The notes: a model not told the origin generated them from the sequence alone. A stretch of DNA of 64,000 bases from Candidatus Andersenbacteria bacterium RIFCSPHIGHO2_02_FULL_46_16 (GCA_001817065.1 MHHQ01000025.1:119777-183776); one strand, 5' to 3'; positions 8,511 to 20,099 are shown, numbered from the stretch's first letter. Numbers and translations: made by a program.

Positions 8511-10973
8511 ATGATAGCACGCTTTAATTTTGCATATATAACAGGCTTACTACTTATCGTTGGCTCTGGGCTGGCTGCCCTGTTTCTTTTATTGTCGCCA
8601 TCTTTGCCTGAATGGGGTATTCGGCATACCCCGCACAATGAACCAAAATACCTCCCGCTGGTTCCCGAGCAAACTGTTGAACAAACTTTCCTTTTTGAAC
8701 AGCCCTTGCTCGACGGTGTGGCCATTTGGTTCCATCCCACTTCACCCTTGCCGGAAGAGGGGACTCTCAACTTAACCATTTTCACTAAATCTGGTAATTA
8801 CACGTCCAACTTACCAATCACTGATATGTCCCCAGATGGGCTGGCTATCTTCATCTTCTCTCCAGCCATCCCTGCTCGCATCGACCAACCAGGCACGATT
8901 CGTATATCCGCTACCAATACTTCATCGCGTCTTTTTTTGACCTATCAAATAGATGCGACAAAATATCCCGAAGGCCAGTTATATTATTCGCCCAACCCAA
9001 CTAAAGTCGGCGACCTGGCTTGGCAAATTCGCTACCAGCGCCCCGCCCTCAGCACTTCCCTAATTCAATGGTTATACATAATCATTCTAATATTGGCCGG
9101 GTTAGCATCTGCTCTCATTCTAATTTATATTTCCCGCTCCCCTCATACCACAGATAGTTCCGTTACACGAGAACCAAGTCATCTCGCCTCTAGCCACCTT
9201 TCCTCTCCCCACCAAACATCCCCTATCCCGCTAGCCTGGCGGAAATCGCTTGTGCCTTGCCTACTAACCTTCAGCGTCTTTCTTTTTTATTCTTTTCTGT
9301 TGATTCGACCCGGCACTTGGATTGGCCCCTCCGATTTTAGCAAGGAATTAAGTTATGTCACTGCCTCTGCCGAGGCTCTACGGTCCTTTTCTTGGCCTGT
9401 TTGGAGCCACTACACCTGCGGTGGCATGAGCCTCTTGGGTAATCCCGAGAGCACCACCCTCAGTCTTAGTACGTTATTAGCTCTCATCACTTCTCGCCCT
9501 GAGCTTTCCCTTTGGTTAACTTTAGCCTTGGAAGCCAGTATTGCTAGCCTCGGCACTTTTCTTTTAGCCCGTGCTCTTCGTCTTTCTACACCTGCCAGCC
9601 TGCTCTCTGCGGTGATCGTCTCCTTATCCGCTGTGCTCCCTTACAAAATTGTTGAGGGCATCGTTATGGTTGCCGGTCCCGTAGCATTCACGCCGTGGGT
9701 TTTATTGTCTTTGCACCAGTCCATCAAATCACCGTCTCCTGCCTGGCTTTTATTGGGCGGGATAACCTTATCTGCTATTTTTTGGCGCGGTGATGTCCAT
9801 ATTATTATCGGGGTGATAACTATAATGCTGTTGTGGTCAATCGCAAGCGCCTTGAGGCAGCGACTCCTCATGCCTCTACTTGTTCTGCTGACCATTCTGT
9901 TGATCACTTTCCTGGGTGCCAGCATTAAGGCACTGCCATATCTTGAGCAAATACCACTGATCAACGCCCAAGTGGATCCTCATAGCGCACAAATCACTCA
10001 GCAAAGATTATGGTCGGACATTTTTCTTCACGCTTATGACCGCTCGCACAAAATTCCAGTTCTCCACGGCTTACCAGAACATTTTGGTTACTTCGGCGCT
10101 TATGTAGGAATAATCCCCCTGTTTCTGGTCTTGCTGAGCTTATTTTCCCGCCACCCTTGGCGCCGTCTCGGCTGGTTGCTCCTTCTAATTTCTTTATTAC
10201 TCGCTGACGGTTTCTTATACGAGCATGTCCTTAGGTACCTCGGCCCTCTCTCTTCGCTGCTGCGTATGCCTAGCCGTTTACTGACTATCTCCGTTCTGGT
10301 CATCGCCTTACTTGCTGGATTAGGATTCGACCGACTACTTCAGGCTACTAGTCATCGTCAAAATGTTGCGCGAGCACGTTTTACCTGGCTGCTGATCTGC
10401 CTTATTTTCCTTGTTTTTCCTGCCTATGATTTATCTCGCGTCACTTCATCAATCCTACAACAATACTTATCACAGCGAAGTTTTACCGTCTTGCCTCCTC
10501 CCACTACTCCCACCCTCGTGGCACATTTAAATAGTTCCCCCGGCAACCAAAAACACGCCTCCACTTTGCTGCAAGCAGGTTTTCTGCTGCCTCACCTCTG
10601 TGGCGATCAAAATAATCCACCAGAATTTTTGTCCAAAATTACTGATTCGGCCACGCTCACTGATTATCCGACCATTATATCTCCCAACAAAATTACTATC
10701 TATCAACCGCCCACCCACGCTAACGTCAACATACGCTCGCGCTTTGTTTCCTCCTGGCAACCCAGCGCCGGCACACTCATTGCAGCTCCCGACCAGTCGA
10801 TACAGCTAATTACTCCCGCTAACAGCCTTCCCTCAATTCAATTACAATATCAATCAGCGACTATCCGTTCCCAGCAAATATTGCTAATTACATTTTGTGC
10901 CCTCGCCATTCTTATGATTAGTCACTTTATCTACTTAATATTCCCCATCTTTTTTAACTGGCGCCATGCTTAA
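8511..10973 (+). CDS. Large polytopic membrane protein, YfhO-like (GT-C superfamily candidate)
   Basis: The ORF is 820 aa with many TM segments. It overlaps the clear YfhO homolog downstream by 8 nt, which suggests translational coupling. Confidence 0.5.
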   Translation: MIARFNFAYITGLLLIVGSGLAALFLLLSPSLPEWGIRHTPHNEPKYLPLVPEQTVEQTFLFEQPLLDGVAIWFHPTSPLPEEGTLNLTIFTKSGNYTSNLPITDMSPDGLAIFIFSPAIPARIDQPGTIRISATNTSSRLFLTYQIDATKYPEGQLYYSPNPTKVGDLAWQIRYQRPALSTSLIQWLYIIILILAGLASALILIYISRSPHTTDSSVTREPSHLASSHLSSPHQTSPIPLAWRKSLVPCLLTFSVFLFYSFLLIRPGTWIGPSDFSKELSYVTASAEALRSFSWPVWSHYTCGGMSLLGNPESTTLSLSTLLALITSRPELSLWLTLALEASIASLGTFLLARALRLSTPASLLSAVIVSLSAVLPYKIVEGIVMVAGPVAFTPWVLLSLHQSIKSPSPAWLLLGGITLSAIFWRGDVHIIIGVITIMLLWSIASALRQRLLMPLLVLLTILLITFLGASIKALPYLEQIPLINAQVDPHSAQITQQRLWSDIFLHAYDRSHKIPVLHGLPEHFGYFGAYVGIIPLFLVLLSLFSRHPWRRLGWLLLLISLLLADGFLYEHVLRYLGPLSSLLRMPSRLLTISVLVIALLAGLGFDRLLQATSHRQNVARARFTWLLICLIFLVFPAYDLSRVTSSILQQYLSQRSFTVLPPPTTPTLVAHLNSSPGNQKHASTLLQAGFLLPHLCGDQNNPPEFLSKITDSATLTDYPTIISPNKITIYQPPTHANVNIRSRFVSSWQPSAGTLIAAPDQSIQLITPANSLPSIQLQYQSATIRSQQILLITFCALAILMISHFIYLIFPIFFNWRHA

Positions 10974-13740
10974 AAAGTTACCTCGCTCCGATCAATTCGC
11001 TATATTGTCACTCCTTACCGCTTGGTTAGCTTTCTTCAGCCGCACCCTCTCCGCCCAACTGGTCTACCTCTTAGATGACTTAAAAATTATTTATTACCCC
11101 CTGGAATCAATTTATGCTTCTTTTCAACACGCGAACCAGCTTCCGCTCTGGAGTCGTTTTTTTGGTTTCGGCCAGCCGCTGTTAGCCTGGGGGCAGCTGG
11201 GATTTTTTAACCCCCTCCATCTACTGTTGCGTGCTTTTCATGTCCCACCAATCACGCTCCTACAAATCTCCATCCTCGCTTATTTCGCTTTAGGTTGTGC
11301 TGGCATGTATATTTTTCTACGTCAACAAAAGCTTTCTGCTGCCTCCGCCAGCCTGGGCGCATTTGTGTTCACGTACGCCGGTTTTCATGTCGGCCACCTA
11401 AACCACGTCAATTTCTATACCGCTACAATGCTACTGCCATGGCTGCTCCTTTCCTTACATTCTCACATAACGCGACCTGGGATCCGCCACACCTTACTTA
11501 CTACCCTTGTTGCGGCTACCATCGCCCTCAGCGGCCAACCCCAAGTTGTTCTCTATACTTTTCTGCTTGCTGCTATTTGGTTTGTAATATTAATCCTAAA
11601 ATCAAAACACCCGATCCGCGCATTTCTCTTCACTATATTATTAGGACTGTTATCGTTAGCCTTAGCTGCACCAGCCGTCCTCCCACTTGCTGAATTTTTA
11701 CCTATTACCGAACGCGCTTATGGCATCAGTCGCGCAGAAATTCTTGAGTTTAGCTATCCGCCCACTCACGCTATCACCTTACTTTTTCCCTATTTCTATG
11801 GTGATCACAGCTATTACTGGGGCGCGAAGAATTTTCAGGAACTCGCTGCTTATACCGGCATCATTCCTTTACTTCTGATCGGAGCTGCCTTTTTCTCTCG
11901 GCACCGCGCTTTACAGTTATTTGGCATATCCGCCTTGATTGTTGGCATATTGTTTGCCTTAGGCCAATATTCTCCGCTGTATCTATGGCTGGTTAATTCT
12001 GGTGTCATTAAATCTTTATCCATCCCTGGTCGATTTACCCTCTTTTTCGTCGTTGGTGTGGCTATTCTAGCACCCCTGGGTTTAGACACCTTGCGCCATA
12101 TTATAGGCTGGAAAAAAATTATCACGCTTCTAGTGAGCCTTTCCGTAGTTAGTCTGCTCTTTACGCCATTTGTTGCTCTGCTTTATAGTAACCAGAATAT
12201 TTATCGGCATTTCTTATCATTGTGGAATTTCTCCCAGCCTGAGCCGCTTCTCATTATCATTGGTTTTTTCCTCTTTCTACTTGTTTTCTTTTTGCCACTT
12301 CGCCGACATAAACTCAATTTGCTGCCATGGATACTTTCTTTCTTCGTTGCTCTCACTCTTATTATTTATGGCTGGGCATACAATCCGCTCACGAGTACTT
12401 CTATCGCTTACCAGCCATCACCGTTTAATGACGCGCTGCAATCTTTTTTCCGTGAACATAATTCCCCGCCCCGTATTTACCACGTTGACCACCCCTCTAT
12501 TTCCGCTCGCCGCCACACGGAATCTATCGCCCCCTTATTCACTGTTATTCAGCCAATTATTGCCCCTAGTTCCTCCTTATCGTGCTTCACCGTCCCCTAT
12601 CAGCTCAGCAATAATTTTATAGCCGGTTCATTGGTGGAGGCCTCGTTAACTAGAGTACCCGACCCAACTCCTTTGTCCTCCGTAACCATTGACCCCAGCA
12701 CCCTGAACGGCACTCAGTTTACCCTTTGTTTTAAACCAATCGATACCAAACCAGGTGAAAATTTTTTGCTACAGTTTACTAGCGCCGAAGATAGCGGTTT
12801 CCATTTAATTTACCAGCCATCCAGCTTTACTGATCAGCAAGCCTTCGTAATTCGTGTCCCCAATCCCACGGCCGCTCAGCTCGCCCAATCCAAAAAACCC
12901 ATCAGCATTTTAGCCTCCCCCTCCAACAACCAATCGGCTGACTTGTCAGCCTTGCGACTTGACCGCCACATCAATGCTACTACTTCTGCCAGTTCGGCTA
13001 ACTGGATTGGCGCCTTGTCTATAAAAGCTTACCGTAGTTTTGTTACCTCTTTGCTGGATGACGACATTGATCCAGTTCACTATGACAGTCAGTCGATCAT
13101 TACTGATCGGCGGCAATTCATCAATTTAGCCGGCGTTACCCATGTAGTTGAGCAAGCCATCACTGACACAGACTACAGCTATCTCAGCTCCTACGCTTTC
13201 CGTCTCGTTTCTACTTCCACGATAGACAACACTGTTCTTCGCCTCCATCAAAACTCAGCTGCTTTTCCAAAAGCCTGGCTGGTCAAACAAGCTGTCTTCT
13301 CGCCCGTCGACGACGAAACAATCAGTGCCATGCGCCGGCCTGATTTTTCGCCTTTGGAGCTAGTCTATATTTATGGACCCACCCCCCCTCAAACAATGGC
13401 TGCTGCAAATCCTGCACCGCTCGATAGTCAAATTTCTATCACTCGCTATGAAGATACCATCATTGACCTAAAGGTAACCACCAACCAATCAGCTTGGCTA
13501 GTGTTCAATGACTCTACTACGCCTGCCTGGCATACCTACATTGACGATCAACCTGTACCTCATTACACTGCCTTTTCTCTGTTTAAAGCCGCTCAAGTGC
13601 CAGCCGGCCAACATACCGTATCTTTCCGCTACGAATCAGACGCCACAAATATGTCCGTCAACCTGGCTGCCGCATCTTTGCTCATTATCATCGTTCTCTT
13701 TGCCTTATCCGGTACCGATACTTTCGGAAAAAATAATTAA
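10966..13740 (+). CDS. YfhO-family membrane protein (GT-C glycosyltransferase candidate)
   Basis: The N-terminal pattern YYPLESIYASFQHANQLPLWSRFFGFGQPLLAWGQLGFFNPLHL is YfhO-like. The protein is 924 aa with a multi-TM core and a C-terminal extracytoplasmic domain. Confidence 0.65.
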   Translation: MLKKLPRSDQFAILSLLTAWLAFFSRTLSAQLVYLLDDLKIIYYPLESIYASFQHANQLPLWSRFFGFGQPLLAWGQLGFFNPLHLLLRAFHVPPITLLQISILAYFALGCAGMYIFLRQQKLSAASASLGAFVFTYAGFHVGHLNHVNFYTATMLLPWLLLSLHSHITRPGIRHTLLTTLVAATIALSGQPQVVLYTFLLAAIWFVILILKSKHPIRAFLFTILLGLLSLALAAPAVLPLAEFLPITERAYGISRAEILEFSYPPTHAITLLFPYFYGDHSYYWGAKNFQELAAYTGIIPLLLIGAAFFSRHRALQLFGISALIVGILFALGQYSPLYLWLVNSGVIKSLSIPGRFTLFFVVGVAILAPLGLDTLRHIIGWKKIITLLVSLSVVSLLFTPFVALLYSNQNIYRHFLSLWNFSQPEPLLIIIGFFLFLLVFFLPLRRHKLNLLPWILSFFVALTLIIYGWAYNPLTSTSIAYQPSPFNDALQSFFREHNSPPRIYHVDHPSISARRHTESIAPLFTVIQPIIAPSSSLSCFTVPYQLSNNFIAGSLVEASLTRVPDPTPLSSVTIDPSTLNGTQFTLCFKPIDTKPGENFLLQFTSAEDSGFHLIYQPSSFTDQQAFVIRVPNPTAAQLAQSKKPISILASPSNNQSADLSALRLDRHINATTSASSANWIGALSIKAYRSFVTSLLDDDIDPVHYDSQSIITDRRQFINLAGVTHVVEQAITDTDYSYLSSYAFRLVSTSTIDNTVLRLHQNSAAFPKAWLVKQAVFSPVDDETISAMRRPDFSPLELVYIYGPTPPQTMAAANPAPLDSQISITRYEDTIIDLKVTTNQSAWLVFNDSTTPAWHTYIDDQPVPHYTAFSLFKAAQVPAGQHTVSFRYESDATNMSVNLAAASLLIIIVLFALSGTDTFGKNN

Positions 13741-13747
13741 TGTTTGC

Positions 13748-15700
13748 TTACCGGTTCTTGCCTTGCGCTGCCTTATCGCGCTGCAATTTCAGTAGATTAT
13801 TGCGCGCCACCGTTAACTTTGGATCAACTATCAGTGCCTGATTGAATGCTGTCTCGGCTTTATCATAACGTCCTTCCATAGCTTGCAGCGCACCCAGACG
13901 ATTAAACCAAGACGCTTCTGACTGATCAATCTCAACCGCTTTTTCTAACGCTTCTATAGCCTCCACATTTTTCGCTTGTCCCAGCAAGGCATCCCCTAAA
14001 CTAGCCCATGCACTAGCATTATTACTTTGCGCATCCAATACCTGCCGATACATCTCTTCCGCTTCCTGATATTCCTTTCTCACTAAATAGACATTGCCTA
14101 AATTTACATAACTACTCATAAGCTCTGGCTTGATTTCAATCGCTTCTTTTAAGATTTTCAGTGCTTCACCAGTGCGATTCGCTTTACCTAACAAAGCGCC
14201 CAGATTAACCTTCACCTCAATATTGTCTGGACTACTATCTAGTGCTTGCCTGTAAACCTTTTCTGCTTCCTCTCTCCGACCTAGTTCTTCCCAAGCCAAT
14301 CCTAAATTATTTAATGGTCTCGCTTTTTGCGGCGACTTAACTGCCGCATCGGACCATAAAGTTAACGCACTCACCCATACTCTGTTGCGTGCATATGATA
14401 ATCCGCTTAATACTATGATCATTAATATTATTGCCATCCCTAACCGTCGTAGCCATTCCCCAGTAAGTTCTCCTTGTTTATTAGCCTTTGCTATACACCA
14501 GGCCAATCCCTCTACTGCCATCAGTGCCACTCCTACCATCGGTAAATAAAGTCTGTGCTCAAAAATATTATCTTTAATCGGTATTACACTTGATTCCACT
14601 GACAAGGCTATAAAAAACAAAGCTATACCCGCTGCTCCCATTACTCTCCGATGCAACTTTAACCACACGCCAGCCCCGACCACACCCAAGATCAATACCA
14701 ATGAGCTTAAAGCCCTGATATCAAACCAGCGGTCTTGCCATGGAATATCGTGGTCAATATTCAATTCTACCGGCCACACAATCAAACGCATATATCTTGT
14801 TATGACACTCCACTGGGTAACAAAATACGTCCACCTTGCAATGTCTGGCGTTTCCGCAGATACGTTGCTGATTCTCGCCAAACTAATTTTATCTAAAACA
14901 TTTTCGCTATAGGCATAAGGTGGTACCTCAAGATCATGAATGAAGACACCCCTAACTTCCAACAAGTAAGCCGGAATTATCAAAATTGTGATTAACCACG
15001 GTAACAATTTCCACCATCGTCGTCTTAACACCCGCCAGCTTGTACTGAAGAAAAGGTATTCTACTAATATGATTGCGATCGGTAACGTGATCGCAATCTC
15101 TTTTGTATGCATGGCTAACACGGTGCTAATTAATGACATCATCGCCCATCCTGTCGCCCTGCGTCTATTCTGGCTCTCCCGATAAAACCACCACGCCAAA
15201 ATTGCTGCTACATAAAACATGGTGGTCATTAACACCATCCTCTGCACTATATAATTCACACTCTGCGTCTGAATGGGATGCGCTAAAAAAAATAATCCGC
15301 CCGTGATCGCCAGCACCCAATGGTTATCCATAACCAACGACTGATTACGCCAAATCATCTGCGGATAAGTTCGTCGCGCTACCAAATAAATCAAAATAGC
15401 TAATAATGCGCTTGTTATTATATGAATTACTATATTCACCGCATGATATCCTTCCACCCTCAACCCCCCCCAGCCGTAATTCAGATCGAGCGTAAAGTAA
15501 GCTATAGCACGAGTACCAAGAAAGGCAGGTAATGACCACTTGATGGCATGTCTAGCCTCATTTTGCACTATCGAGTGTATATCATCCAGCACAAAAGGCG
15601 CATGCCAGGTATTGCTATAAACAACCACACCCAAACACATAATCATCAACAATCCAACTAATATTTCTTTCACCCCTAGCCTGCCTACAAATGTGAACAT
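13748..15700 (-). CDS. TPR-repeat-fused GT-C membrane glycosyltransferase (PMT/TMTC-like, DUF1736-type)
   Basis: YSNTWHAPFVLDDIH matches the TMTC/PMT DD motif. The TM core is followed by a C-terminal TPR array (AWEELGRREEAEKVYRQALD...). The start is set at MFTFVG to avoid a 56-nt overlap. Confidence 0.7.
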   Translation of the reverse strand: MFTFVGRLGVKEILVGLLMIMCLGVVVYSNTWHAPFVLDDIHSIVQNEARHAIKWSLPAFLGTRAIAYFTLDLNYGWGGLRVEGYHAVNIVIHIITSALLAILIYLVARRTYPQMIWRNQSLVMDNHWVLAITGGLFFLAHPIQTQSVNYIVQRMVLMTTMFYVAAILAWWFYRESQNRRRATGWAMMSLISTVLAMHTKEIAITLPIAIILVEYLFFSTSWRVLRRRWWKLLPWLITILIIPAYLLEVRGVFIHDLEVPPYAYSENVLDKISLARISNVSAETPDIARWTYFVTQWSVITRYMRLIVWPVELNIDHDIPWQDRWFDIRALSSLVLILGVVGAGVWLKLHRRVMGAAGIALFFIALSVESSVIPIKDNIFEHRLYLPMVGVALMAVEGLAWCIAKANKQGELTGEWLRRLGMAIILMIIVLSGLSYARNRVWVSALTLWSDAAVKSPQKARPLNNLGLAWEELGRREEAEKVYRQALDSSPDNIEVKVNLGALLGKANRTGEALKILKEAIEIKPELMSSYVNLGNVYLVRKEYQEAEEMYRQVLDAQSNNASAWASLGDALLGQAKNVEAIEALEKAVEIDQSEASWFNRLGALQAMEGRYDKAETAFNQALIVDPKLTVARNNLLKLQRDKAAQGKNR

Positions 15701-15704
15701 ATAC

Positions 15705-17876
15705 CTACCTTCCTGCTGGTTGATCAGTGTACTTTTTTGCCTCAGTATTATCCGGATCAATTTTTAGTATGGCCCGCCAGACTTCCTGCGCTTTCTGAGG
15801 ATTCTCTAATCCAATAAATATTTTAGCCAGATTATTCATTACGACCGTATCATTCGGCGTCATTTGCAAGTAAGTTGCGTACGCCTTGGCCGCACCATTA
15901 TATTCCCCCTCATCCGCTAATACATTACCCAAATTACTATAGGCACTAGCTAACCCAGGATTCAAATGAATCGCTATCTCTAACTCCGCTTTCGCTTCCT
16001 TTGTGCGATGTAATGCCCCTAATGCGGCCCCTAATTTACTGTGCCATAACGACTGATCCGGAACCATTTTAACGGCTCGCTGATAAGCACTCACCGCCTC
16101 CTCGAATTTTCCTTGCTTCACTAACACATCCCCCAAATTTCGGTATACTCCGGCATCTTTCGTATTTAGCGCAATAGATTTCTCATAAGCTTCTTCTGCC
16201 TCAACAAGTTTTCCCTGCAGCATTAGAACGTTGCCCAAATTATTATAGGCTGCATCATGATTAGGATTCTTGGCCAAAGCCTGTTGTATCTCCTTAATTG
16301 CCTCCTCATACTTGCCTTGCACTCCATATATCGAACCAAGGTTATTGTGCCCCGATACACTATTCGGGTCTATCTCCAGCTCTCTTTTATACAACTCCTC
16401 GGCTCGATCAAACATCTGCCTATCCAGGTAGGCTTTTGCTAAATTATTGTGTGGCCTTGCCTTGTTCGGCGATTTTTGTGTGGCGTCGGTCCATAAACTT
16501 ATCTCGTCTTTCCATGTTAAATTCCTGGCATAACTCACCCCAGCTAAGCTAAAAATTAATATTAAAACGATCCCCACAACCACCGCGTCTGCCCATACTC
16601 TCCGTTTTACGATAGAACCCGCTTTCTCCATCATTAGCTGTGCCATATCTCCAACAAATAATGCAGCGCCCACCATCGGTAAGTAAAGCCTGTGCTCAAA
16701 CATCACGTCCACAATCGGAATGAAACTTGATTCCGGCAGCAAGGCCACGTAAAAAAATAATATGCCCAACGCCGCAATCTTTCGTCCTTTCTTCCAGAAG
16801 ATCAACGCTGCGAGCATCATCACCACATGCAGGACAAGCGATTCGATTGTCGCCTTGTCCCCGATCCTTACGGTTAAAGGATAATCATGGTCAATGTTTT
16901 GACCCTCAGGCCATACCACCAACCGCAGATAAGTTCTCACCACGTTAATTTGTGTCAAAAAATAAGTTTTTCTGGATATTTGCGTCGTCTCTGCCGAAAC
17001 ACTGGCTATTTTTTTGATATTAACTTTATCCAAAAAGGTGTCACCCGCCATAGAGCTTGGCTCACTCTCCAAGTGCCAGAACAAATCCCGCACCTCTAAT
17101 GAATATGCCGGTATAATCAAAATCATTATCAGCCATGGCGTTACCAGCGGTATTCGCCTGACCAAGCTTCGCCAATCTAAGTTCAATCTCCACCACTTTT
17201 TATTCTTTCCACTCGGGGTAAAAAACAGCATTTCAATCATTAAAATGATAATTGGTAATGTTATCGCTGTCTCCTTACTATGCATAGCTGCAATAGTTGC
17301 TGCCAACGATAATCCTGCCCAAATTTTTTGACTGCGCGCATCTAAGCTTAGCCTATATTTCACATACGCGCACAATGCTAGTATATAGAACATTGCTGCC
17401 ATAGAGGCTAAGCGCTGCACGATATACGTAACTGCTTGCGTTTGTATCGGATGAACTGCAAAAAACAGCCCCGCCAGCTCGGCTAAAAATAAGTGGTTGC
17501 TAATTTGTACCTGTCCCAGCGTGATTATTCTTGTCTTATAAACCCTTACCGACAACCAATAAGCCAACCAAAATACACCAATTGAACTTATAATATGAAT
17601 GCCTATATTTACCGCGCGGTAGCCACTAACATTTAATCCGTTAAAATAATAATTTAGATCGAAGGAGAATATGGGAAGCGACCTGTTACCAAACAACCTC
17701 TCTGCTGTAAAATATAATGTGCGACGCGCCTCCTCTTCTACAATCGTGTGTATGTCATCCAATACAAATGGCGCCCGCCAAGTATTGCTATAAACAATCA
17801 ACACTCCCAATACTATTAGCAATATGGGCAGCCACATTCTGGCCCAGCGTATTCTAATCTCACTTCCCTCAGTCAT
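15705..17876 (-). CDS. TPR-repeat-fused GT-C membrane glycosyltransferase, a paralog of 13748..15700
   Basis: YSNTWRAPFVLDDIH motif and a C-terminal TPR array of at least 6 repeats. Confidence 0.7.
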   Translation of the reverse strand: MTEGSEIRIRWARMWLPILLIVLGVLIVYSNTWRAPFVLDDIHTIVEEEARRTLYFTAERLFGNRSLPIFSFDLNYYFNGLNVSGYRAVNIGIHIISSIGVFWLAYWLSVRVYKTRIITLGQVQISNHLFLAELAGLFFAVHPIQTQAVTYIVQRLASMAAMFYILALCAYVKYRLSLDARSQKIWAGLSLAATIAAMHSKETAITLPIIILMIEMLFFTPSGKNKKWWRLNLDWRSLVRRIPLVTPWLIMILIIPAYSLEVRDLFWHLESEPSSMAGDTFLDKVNIKKIASVSAETTQISRKTYFLTQINVVRTYLRLVVWPEGQNIDHDYPLTVRIGDKATIESLVLHVVMMLAALIFWKKGRKIAALGILFFYVALLPESSFIPIVDVMFEHRLYLPMVGAALFVGDMAQLMMEKAGSIVKRRVWADAVVVGIVLILIFSLAGVSYARNLTWKDEISLWTDATQKSPNKARPHNNLAKAYLDRQMFDRAEELYKRELEIDPNSVSGHNNLGSIYGVQGKYEEAIKEIQQALAKNPNHDAAYNNLGNVLMLQGKLVEAEEAYEKSIALNTKDAGVYRNLGDVLVKQGKFEEAVSAYQRAVKMVPDQSLWHSKLGAALGALHRTKEAKAELEIAIHLNPGLASAYSNLGNVLADEGEYNGAAKAYATYLQMTPNDTVVMNNLAKIFIGLENPQKAQEVWRAILKIDPDNTEAKKYTDQPAGR

Positions 17877-18014
17877 ATTATGTTAGTATACGCTATCTCC
17901 CTTTCGCACCAACGGCCTAACTATAAAATGCTTGCCCTATCTTACTCAACACCACTCATCCCCATTAACAACACCGTTGAGATACGCCAACAGCAATCTC
18001 ATTCGAAATGCTAT

Positions 18015-20099
18015 TCAATCCAGCAACTTTTTATCGTCTTCAGTTACAATTTCATTCCCCACCTTGTATCTCAACCGTACTGCCAAATTACCCGGCTTGT
18101 CCTGACCATTTACCACCATGCTAGCTGACCGGTATTCCCTTCCATCGCGATACCTGACTGTCGGTGCCTTCTCCCCCGTTTCAGTCGCCTTTACTATAAC
18201 TTTATATATACCGAAATTGACAATAGGTTGCTCCAACATGAAACTTGTCCATCCCCGATCATTTATTTCCGTTACGGGTAACCGCCATGATCCGATTTTT
18301 TGCCCACTTTGACTATCTACCTCAACCTCCAGATACCCCTCTTTAGCCTGACCAGAAAATGTAGCTGCCATAATATCCAACCCTACCAAGCCTGCTTGTT
18401 TAACCTCCACCGCCTGGCTAACCGCTTGTCCTGCTTTTAGCTCATTTAGCACCCGGTCATATACTTTTTTCTCATACACCCAGGCTGCTTGCTTCCCAGC
18501 CACCTCTACCACATATACCGGCACTTTTTTCTTATAATATTCATCAATAAAATCATTGGCGTAATGATCCGGTTCGCGTCCAAACATATTTCGATACAAC
18601 ACGACATACTTCACTCTGCTTTGTTCATGCGCATTAATATGGGCTACATGAGCCGATGTATATACCCCCAGCTCCTCCGGATACCAGGATGCTACTATCA
18701 CTTCTGGATCATGCTCGTTGAGCCATTTCCCTACCTGCTCTAAACCTTCCCCCCACCCCAACTCCTGACTCAGGTTGTCCGGTAACAGCGGATTGCTGTA
18801 GGCAATAGCGTAGGGATGGTATTGATACAGCACTATGCCCATTTGCGCAGCAATAACCAGCATCAGCGCCGCCATAACAATCGTCCTCGTTGTTCTTATG
18901 AACTTCGTAAATCTGGCTACCAAATTTACTGTACCCACCGTGAGATACCACGCTCCCCACGCCGCTAAAATATCTAATGTGTAAAAGACCGGCAAAATAT
19001 AGCGGTCGCCCTTTTTAGCTCCCAGCGACATCATTACGATAAAGAAAAAAATATATTCGACCAGCAGCCACAAAGTATTAGTCGTTTCCGGCTTTGACGC
19101 TGCCGTTTCATCTGCCCCTGTCACCCTGCCCAATGTCGCAACCTGACGTCCTCGCAGCCCCTTCGCTAACAACAGATTTATCAATGCCACTGCTACCAAG
19201 AACAATGTAAGTGGTGTTGCGCGGCTAACCAGTGTATACCAATAAAAACTGCTATTTAGCTTATATTCACTGTTCATATTATGTGGAGTAGCTGCCGCCA
19301 CGCTAAAATCTCTTTTCAAGACAAGTACATTTCCCTCCGGGTTCGGTACCCATAAAATAGCTGGCCACACGATCACCACTATAATGCCGATTAATAACAT
19401 CCAAACGATTAAATCTCTGAATCGATCCACCCAAAACCTCTTATTTTCCCATTGCTTACGCCCGAACACCAGCGCTACTAGAACAAAATACGGCAGCAAA
19501 AACACCGCTGGGGCTTTAGTTAGTCCCGCCAACGCTGTGAATACCGCTGACAAAACCAACCATTTCCGGCCAAAGCCCCGCTTCGCCCAGAGTAAAATTG
19601 CTATTCCTGCTGCCATCATGAAACCGCCGAGCATAGCGTCAACATGTACTACCCTTGAATAACCGACAAGAAACGGATCCAAGGCAATCATCAAAGCCGC
19701 TAACACAGCTACCATCCGCCTTTTCGGCCATAATTTCCGTAGCAAAATAAAAACTATCAATACTAACCCTGCATTCGTAACGGCGATTGACAGCTGTGCC
19801 GCCCTTACAAAATGTATTAAATTACTGAAGGTAAAAGGCACGTGCGCCGCTAACATTTTTACTGTCACCACTAATCCCCCCAGCCATAAAGTTGTTACTC
19901 CCGGATGAGTGGTTTGCAGCATCTCATTAAACCGCCATTCTTTAAAAGCTCGTATAAATTCATATGACCGGCCAATCCAATTTTTTTCATCGGCCGTTAA
20001 AAACACCCCCAGATCAACCACGCGCGGCACCAACGCGACCGCCAGAATCATGACCGCCATTAATACCTCCCATTTTTTATCCCGCCAAAATTGCTGCAT
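18015..20099 (-). CDS. Glycosyltransferase family 39/83 (PMT/ArnT-like) membrane protein
   Basis: ADEKNW...HPGVTTLWLG is shared with the paralogs at 20744 and 33026. The protein has a multi-TM region and a C-terminal soluble domain. Confidence 0.7.
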   Translation of the reverse strand: MQQFWRDKKWEVLMAVMILAVALVPRVVDLGVFLTADEKNWIGRSYEFIRAFKEWRFNEMLQTTHPGVTTLWLGGLVVTVKMLAAHVPFTFSNLIHFVRAAQLSIAVTNAGLVLIVFILLRKLWPKRRMVAVLAALMIALDPFLVGYSRVVHVDAMLGGFMMAAGIAILLWAKRGFGRKWLVLSAVFTALAGLTKAPAVFLLPYFVLVALVFGRKQWENKRFWVDRFRDLIVWMLLIGIIVVIVWPAILWVPNPEGNVLVLKRDFSVAAATPHNMNSEYKLNSSFYWYTLVSRATPLTLFLVAVALINLLLAKGLRGRQVATLGRVTGADETAASKPETTNTLWLLVEYIFFFIVMMSLGAKKGDRYILPVFYTLDILAAWGAWYLTVGTVNLVARFTKFIRTTRTIVMAALMLVIAAQMGIVLYQYHPYAIAYSNPLLPDNLSQELGWGEGLEQVGKWLNEHDPEVIVASWYPEELGVYTSAHVAHINAHEQSRVKYVVLYRNMFGREPDHYANDFIDEYYKKKVPVYVVEVAGKQAAWVYEKKVYDRVLNELKAGQAVSQAVEVKQAGLVGLDIMAATFSGQAKEGYLEVEVDSQSGQKIGSWRLPVTEINDRGWTSFMLEQPIVNFGIYKVIVKATETGEKAPTVRYRDGREYRSASMVVNGQDKPGNLAVRLRYKVGNEIVTEDDKKLLD

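Noticed and set aside
8259-8785. ORFs 8259..8459 (-), 8399..8785 (-) and 8554..8745 (-), and the similar ORF 56768..56992 (-)
   Set aside because: They overlap MITE B, and they are antisense to the start of the YfhO-like gene. Their conservation is at nucleotide level, not protein level.
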